From positions 544,001-608,000 of the forward strand of contig CAWGAA010000002.1 in assembly GCA_963820525.1 (NCBI GenBank): a DNA stretch of 64,000 nt, given 5' to 3'. Of this stretch, positions 57,541 to 64,000 are shown piece after piece. The translations under genes were made by a program, and so were the position numbers. This DNA is from an uncultured Spirochaetota bacterium. GTDB lineage: Bacteria > Spirochaetota > Spirochaetia > SZUA-6 > Fen-1364. The notes beneath the pieces are model-generated. The model had not been told where the DNA came from, searched no databases, and was given only the letters and a program-made list of their open reading frames with translations. How positions within the stretch are numbered: the first letter of the stretch is position 1; each line of letters starts with the position of its first letter.

Positions 57541-58728
57541 TCAGGCCGCCGCCCTGCGCGGGTTTTCACGGAAGAGCCAGTTTCGAAGGACGATCGGAGT
57601 CACGACCGTGGTGACGAGACTCATGATGATGATGCTGACATAGATATCCTGCTGGATCAGCCCGCCGTCCAGCCCGATGAGGGCCACGATCATCGCCACC
57701 TCCCCTCGGGGAGCCATGCCGAAGCCGATGATGGCCGCATCCTTGAAGCCGCTCTTGAAGACAAGGGCTGCGCCTCCGCACCCGATGAACTTTGAAACGA
57801 AGGAAACGAGTATCAGCACCAAGACGAAGAGGAGAATCTGGAGGTTGAGGGCCCGCACGTCGGCCAGGATCCCCAGGGAGATGAAAAAAATGGATGCGAA
57901 GATAATCTGAAGGAACTCGGCGCCTTCCTTCATGTCCTTGCTGTTCTTGAGCTTCAGCCCTCCCAGGGAAGCTCCGGCAAGGAAGGATCCTACGATGGCC
58001 GACAGGCCCGCAAGCTCCGCCGCCATGCCGTAGAGGAACGCCAGCATCATGGCGAAGATGAAGGTGAACTCGGGATATTTCCCCGTGAAAGCGGTGGAGT
58101 CGATCGCGACAACGAGCCTTCGAAGAAGGAAGTGCCCCAAGAGGCCGCCGACGGCAAGGAAGAGGAGCGCTTTGGCGAAAACAGCTGCCAGAGACAGGGC
58201 GGAGAGAGACCCGGAGACCAGGCCATTGCCGACGGCAAGGGCCAGGAGGCCCAACACGTCGTCTATCACCGCCGCGCCGATGATTGCCCTGGCCGCCGGG
58301 GTCTGGAGCCTGCCCATCTCGCGCAGAACGTTCGCCGTGATGGCGATGCTGGTGGCCGTGAGGGCCGTGGCGATGAACACGGAGCTTGCAAAGGGAAAAT
58401 GGAACAGGACCGAGGTGAAATAGCCCATGATCCAGGGAAAAACCACTCCGCCGAGGGCGATCACCAGGTACTTCGGCTTCGCTATGTCTTCAACCCGGAA
58501 CTCCAGGCCCACCACGAAAAGCAGGATCACTGCGCCGAGGTGGGCGATGCTGGAGACGAAGTCCGTATATGTGATGAGGCCCAGGACGCTGGGCCCGACT
58601 AAAAGCCCGACCAGGATCTCTCCGATGACTGCGGACTGGTTGATGCGGGAGGCGAGCAGGTAGCCCGCAAGGGCGATGAAGAGCAGGAAGGACATCTGGA
58701 ACTCGATCAGGTGAAAGATTTCTGCCAT
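57541..58728 (-). CDS. Cation:proton antiporter (CPA2, NapA-like)
   Basis: GEILVGLLVGP, LFVVGLE, TATSIAIT, AAVIDD, FFISLG, PRGEV. Confidence 0.93.
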   Translation of the reverse strand: MAEIFHLIEFQMSFLLFIALAGYLLASRINQSAVIGEILVGLLVGPSVLGLITYTDFVSSIAHLGAVILLFVVGLEFRVEDIAKPKYLVIALGGVVFPWIMGYFTSVLFHFPFASSVFIATALTATSIAITANVLREMGRLQTPAARAIIGAAVIDDVLGLLALAVGNGLVSGSLSALSLAAVFAKALLFLAVGGLLGHFLLRRLVVAIDSTAFTGKYPEFTFIFAMMLAFLYGMAAELAGLSAIVGSFLAGASLGGLKLKNSKDMKEGAEFLQIIFASIFFISLGILADVRALNLQILLFVLVLILVSFVSKFIGCGGAALVFKSGFKDAAIIGFGMAPRGEVAMIVALIGLDGGLIQQDIYVSIIIMSLVTTVVTPIVLRNWLFRENPRRAAA

Positions 58729-58784
58729 GGTGTCGATCCCCCCTTTCCATACTATAGCGGAGAGGCGGCCGAAAGAGGAAGCAC

Positions 58785-58813
58785 TTGACTCCGCCCGGAG
58801 CCGGCCCTACCAT
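58785..58813 (+). promoter_or_regulatory. Sigma-70 promoter
   Basis: TTGACT-N17-TACCAT upstream of GAGGAGG SD. Confidence 0.65.
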
Positions 58814-58837
58814 TGGAGAGGGTGAGGAGGTAGTCCT

Positions 58838-59050
58838 ATGCCCGAGACCACGTCTGGCAAGTACGTCAAAAGCGAGAAGCTCCAAGAGGCCCGGGAGCAC
58901 GTGAAGGCCGCCGGCAGCTCCATGCGCAAGGGACTCCAGGAGATGTTCCCCAAGGGGTTCGTCGAACACCGCCAGGCAGCCCGCAAGGAGATGCTGCTCG
59001 CCATGCGCAGCCTCCTGGACGCGGCGATCGAGCGGCTGGAGAAGCGCTCG

Positions 59051-59065
<15 letters not shown>
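58838..59065 (+). CDS. Small helical hypothetical protein
   Basis: 75 aa, own promoter, strong SD, amphipathic helices. Confidence 0.75.
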
Positions 59066-60706
<1,641 letters not shown>

Positions 60707-60743
60707 GGAGAGAGTATACTCTCTCTCCCAGCGAGGTGGGAAG

Positions 60744-61367
60744 TTACGAGGTCTTGCCGTCCGCGTCAAACGAGACGATCGACGCCGTCACACCGCCGTT
60801 CGCATCGGGCAGGCCGCGAACCGTCACGTGCATCCCGCTCTTGAGATCGGCGGGGCGGACCGTCAGGATGCGGTGGATGTCGACGCCGGGCGGCACCTGG
60901 ATCGTGGCGTTCACGTCCTCGTAGCTCATGGTGATGGTTCGTCCATCGACCATCTGGGCAGTGGCGTTCGTAACCACGGCGTTGGTCATGACCTCGCCGG
61001 ATTCCATCGGCCATTGGCCTTTTCGGACCTTCGACCAGAGCTCGGGGGAGAAAACGTTGATGGACGTGGCCGTGAGCGAGCCGTCCGGTCCCCTCCGCGC
61101 CGCCACTCCCATGGGCATCCCCGGCTTGAGGTCTTCCATGGTCGCGGTCTGGCGGTCTAGAATCAGAGTATCGCCGGCGATGGTGACGAGCTTGCCTCCA
61201 CCGGAGGTCGAGCTCACGCTGAAGCTGGTGGACCCGACCATCGTGATCGTCCCGTCGAGCGAGACTGGCTGGGCGGCGGGGGCGGCGCCCACACCGGCGG
61301 CTACAAAGAATGCAAGAGAACCTAGAAGAGCGAAGACCGGTCTTCCCGGCCGAATTGTGCGACTCAT
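60744..61367 (-). CDS. Secreted protein with two repeated beta (OB/DUF5666-like) units
   Basis: Signal peptide; repeats DLKPGMPMGV...DGSLTA and DLKSGMHVTV...GGVTA. Confidence 0.7.
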   Translation of the reverse strand: MSRTIRPGRPVFALLGSLAFFVAAGVGAAPAAQPVSLDGTITMVGSTSFSVSSTSGGGKLVTIAGDTLILDRQTATMEDLKPGMPMGVAARRGPDGSLTATSINVFSPELWSKVRKGQWPMESGEVMTNAVVTNATAQMVDGRTITMSYEDVNATIQVPPGVDIHRILTVRPADLKSGMHVTVRGLPDANGGVTASIVSFDADGKTS

Positions 61368-61493
61368 GGTGGAAAGGTAATGATGAAGAAACGCGGCGGA
61401 CAACTGGATTGTGCCGTCTGCGCGGGCGCCGCTCAAAGGCCGCCCACGCCAGCCCCGATCAAGGGCTGCCCTTTCCAGTGCAGCCGCGCCGCC

Positions 61494-63320
61494 TCAAGTC
61501 CAGAGCGCGATGCTCCGGGGCTGAACGACCACGCCGCTGGAATCACGCCGGGCGCGCTCAATGAGGGCCGCTCCGGTGAGCTTCCAGGAGGCTGCGTCTT
61601 TTGCGCCGATACGGGCAGGGCACGATCTCACGTTAATGATGCCGCGAATCTCACCGTCGCGGGAGAAGCAGCGCCACATGTCCTTGCCGATCATGACTGC
61701 CCCAAACTGCCGCCCCGCCAGCCTCTTGTACAGCGAGAGAGTCCACGCCGTCAGCTCCGCTTCGCCCGGCCCCCCGAAGCTGCCCGTGTCGTCCGAGATC
61801 AAGATTTGGGAGGAGAACATCGCCGCCACCGCCGCGATCAGCTCTTTTTCGTTTAAGGTCAGAGAGCATTTGTTCGATCGCATGAAAACGACATCGGGGT
61901 CCGAGAGGTACAGGGAGCGGTTCATGAACGAGCGGCCCAGCGTGTCCTTGAGATTGAGGTAGGCCGCGGGCCTCCCGGGATGACCGGTAAGGCGGGCCAC
62001 GGGAGGGTCCCAGGTCTCCTTGGTATCGGCACCGATGCGCATCAGGGGGAAAAGGTCGATGGAGCTTGCCAGCGGAGCGCCGCAGCCGAGAAACGCGACG
62101 GGCTGGCCGGATCGGGAGCGCTCCCGGGAAACAATTGGCTCGAGCGCTTCGCGATACCAGGCGTATGCGGAACCTCCCGATGCGTGAGCACCGTTCAACA
62201 TGCCGGCGTACAGGAAGTCGAGCTTGAGGTAGCGGAATCCCCAGTCGTCGATAACGGCGTCGAAGAGTTCCCTCAAGTATTTTCTCACCTCTTCCAGCGA
62301 GAGGTCGAGGCAGAAGAAGTTTCCCTCCCACCCCGGATTCCATCCCGCCAGGGCGGGCTTGCCGTCCGCCCCTTTGAGGAGCCATTGGGGCTTTTCGCTA
62401 TAAATACGAGCCCCAGGAGAGACCAGGAATGGAGCAAGCCATAAGCCGGGCACATAGCCTTTGCGGAAGATGCTTTCCGCCAGCGCCTTCATACCGGAGG
62501 GAAAGCGCTCAGGTTTGGCCTGCCAGTCTCCCACCGCGCGCTGCCAGCCGTCGTCCACCTGGAAAACCACGGGCCTTCCCTGGTTCTGGAATTGCTCGCG
62601 GATGAGGTTGGGGCTTCCGCCGATGCCCTCGAGATCTTCACGAATGATCGTCTCGTCGATGTGAGTGTAGTGGTTGTACCAGGAGCACCACCCCCCGACC
62701 AGTCCGTCAGCCGACCCTGCGAGGAATGCTGCCCGCGTCATGACATTCTTGTCGAGAAAGAGAGCGGCGACGGCATCCTGAAACTCGAAACAGCCGTTTC
62801 GAGAAACGAGAGCGATCTCGGCGAGGACCTCACCATCATGATACATTGCTCCCTTGCAGTGGAGCTCGATGGAGATGGAGCGCCGGCCGCGGTCGATGCG
62901 GAAACAGACGGGAGCGGTCTTTGTGTTCAAGGAAACAAGCCCGACGTACGTCTCCCCGGCGCGGACATAGGCGATGCCGTTTCCCGAGAGCTCCCGGCGA
63001 GGGGGCCGGGGGACATCGGGAAGGGTGTAGATCTCCAGCCTCTTCATGAGCCTTGCCCGTGGGGCCCGCTCGCGCCTGCCCAGCTCCCAACCCGGAGACC
63101 AGGACTGAAAGCCGTTTGCGAACCAGAAAGCCCGCCTTCGATCGAGAAGGCTGCTGCGCGGCTCGCCGCCCAAGCGAAGGAGGTCGAAAAGGCCCTCGAA
63201 GCTGAGCCGGTCTATGATCCGCGGGGCAGGTTCGGATGCCCCGGCCGCGCCCCTTTGGCGGTAGGTAAGCTTGAGAATACCCGGCTGTGACTCCATCATT
63301 TCCCTGGCGGCGTCTTTCAT
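61494..63320 (-). CDS. Alpha-galactosidase (GH36)
   Basis: GWCSWY, QVDDGWQ, PGLWLAPF, YLKLDF, LGCGAP, MRIGAD, DPD. Confidence 0.9.
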   Translation of the reverse strand: MKDAAREMMESQPGILKLTYRQRGAAGASEPAPRIIDRLSFEGLFDLLRLGGEPRSSLLDRRRAFWFANGFQSWSPGWELGRRERAPRARLMKRLEIYTLPDVPRPPRRELSGNGIAYVRAGETYVGLVSLNTKTAPVCFRIDRGRRSISIELHCKGAMYHDGEVLAEIALVSRNGCFEFQDAVAALFLDKNVMTRAAFLAGSADGLVGGWCSWYNHYTHIDETIIREDLEGIGGSPNLIREQFQNQGRPVVFQVDDGWQRAVGDWQAKPERFPSGMKALAESIFRKGYVPGLWLAPFLVSPGARIYSEKPQWLLKGADGKPALAGWNPGWEGNFFCLDLSLEEVRKYLRELFDAVIDDWGFRYLKLDFLYAGMLNGAHASGGSAYAWYREALEPIVSRERSRSGQPVAFLGCGAPLASSIDLFPLMRIGADTKETWDPPVARLTGHPGRPAAYLNLKDTLGRSFMNRSLYLSDPDVVFMRSNKCSLTLNEKELIAAVAAMFSSQILISDDTGSFGGPGEAELTAWTLSLYKRLAGRQFGAVMIGKDMWRCFSRDGEIRGIINVRSCPARIGAKDAASWKLTGAALIERARRDSSGVVVQPRSIALWT

Positions 63321-63402
63321 TGCGACTCCTTTGCATATTTTGAAACGACCGTGAAAAGGCCGTGAGCTCGCCCTATCTTACCGCAAAAGTTTCCGTTCGG
63401 TA

Positions 63403-63457
63403 TTGACAAATTTGAAAAGTTGTACTAAAACACTATTGTACTAATAGACCAATACAA
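63403..63457 (+). promoter_or_regulatory. Promoter with GntR/YtrA-type operator
   Basis: TTGACA at 63403; TTGTACTAA repeated at 63420 and 63436; inverted TTGTA...TACAA spanning 63436-63457. Confidence 0.7.
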
Positions 63458-63462
63458 GTACT

Positions 63463-63870
63463 ATGGAAAAGCGAAAAAAAGAACTGCTGAAGTTTACCCT
63501 CGACCCGAAAAGCGGCGTCCCCTTTTACAAGCAGATAATTCTTCAAATCGAGATGGCAATCGCGGACGGACGGCTGATATCGGGAGACCGTCTGCCGACG
63601 GTGCGAAGTCTTGCCGTAGAGCTCCAGGTGAACCCGAACACGGTTGCCCGCGCCTATAGCGAGCTGGAGATCCGCCAGATCCTTGCCACCCAGCAGGGCG
63701 CGGGGACTTTCATCGGGAACCGCAAGGTGGAGATCTCCGACGTCGAGCGCGAGCGGGTCCTCGCCGAGCTCGCGCGTGAGTTCGTCTCCAAAGTGGCATC
63801 GTACGGCTTTTCAGTTGCGGAGATCGCCAGGTATCTGAATGAGCAGGGAGAACAGGAGGAAGAAAAATGA
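63463..63870 (+). CDS. GntR family regulator (YtrA subfamily)
   Basis: PFYKQI, GDRLPTVRSLA..LQVNPNTVARAY.EL...QGAGTFI, short C-terminal domain. Confidence 0.95.
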   Translation: MEKRKKELLKFTLDPKSGVPFYKQIILQIEMAIADGRLISGDRLPTVRSLAVELQVNPNTVARAYSELEIRQILATQQGAGTFIGNRKVEISDVERERVLAELAREFVSKVASYGFSVAEIARYLNEQGEQEEEK

Positions 63871-64000
63871 AGCTCGTAGCTAAGGAGTACTCGCCGATCA
63901 CATACCTTACCAAGCGCAAGGTTGAAAAGGATTTCAGGCTGAATGTGTTCAGTCTTCTCATCATTACGGCGGCCCTGGTGGGTGCCATCGCGGCAGGCAT
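63867..64000 (+). CDS. 3'-truncated membrane protein
   Basis: ATGA overlap with the gntR stop; MKLVAKEY...FSLLIITAALVGAIAAG hydrophobic segment; runs off the window. Confidence 0.65.
   Translation, partial: MKLVAKEYSPITYLTKRKVEKDFRLNVFSLLIITAALVGAIAAG

Overview
GC-rich bacterial chromosome segment, very probably from a free-living anaerobic spirochaete. Support: a flgF-flgG-flgA-flgI-flgJ cluster with no flgH, a spirochaete-style cNMP/TPR + Crp pair, a long-form upp, and a lipoprotein/LysM pair. Contents: two tRNAs (Leu-TAA, Thr-CGT); two sigma-70 factors lacking region 1.1; a branched-chain amino acid ABC operon; hypFCDE; tsaD, apt, upp and cutA; sugar-utilisation loci (GH51, GHL6/GH151-like, GH36, two LacI + ABC clusters); a gpgS/glycosyltransferase compatible-solute operon; a CPA2 antiporter; an ABC1 kinase; and a GntR. 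No CRISPR, rRNA, transposase or integrase was seen. Main signals: (1) a complete sigma-54-type architecture (palindromic enhancer, AT-rich bend, -24/-12 box) in front of an rpoS-like gene in Borrelia-like synteny; (2) a dispersed family of C-ANGGA(U/C)-G hexaloop hairpins with co-varying stems, matching the CsrA/RsmA site type; (3) a deaminase-type amidohydrolase co-transcribed with two cyclic-nucleotide-binding proteins; (4) a 27-bp duplication of a glycosyltransferase 3' end bracketing a 5.6-kb sugar-ABC insert; (5) a LacI gene whose best candidate start is an ACG inside a copy of another locus's operator; (6) apparent pseudoenzymes (M20-like, HtrA Ser->Thr). All functional calls come from motif reading without database searches.
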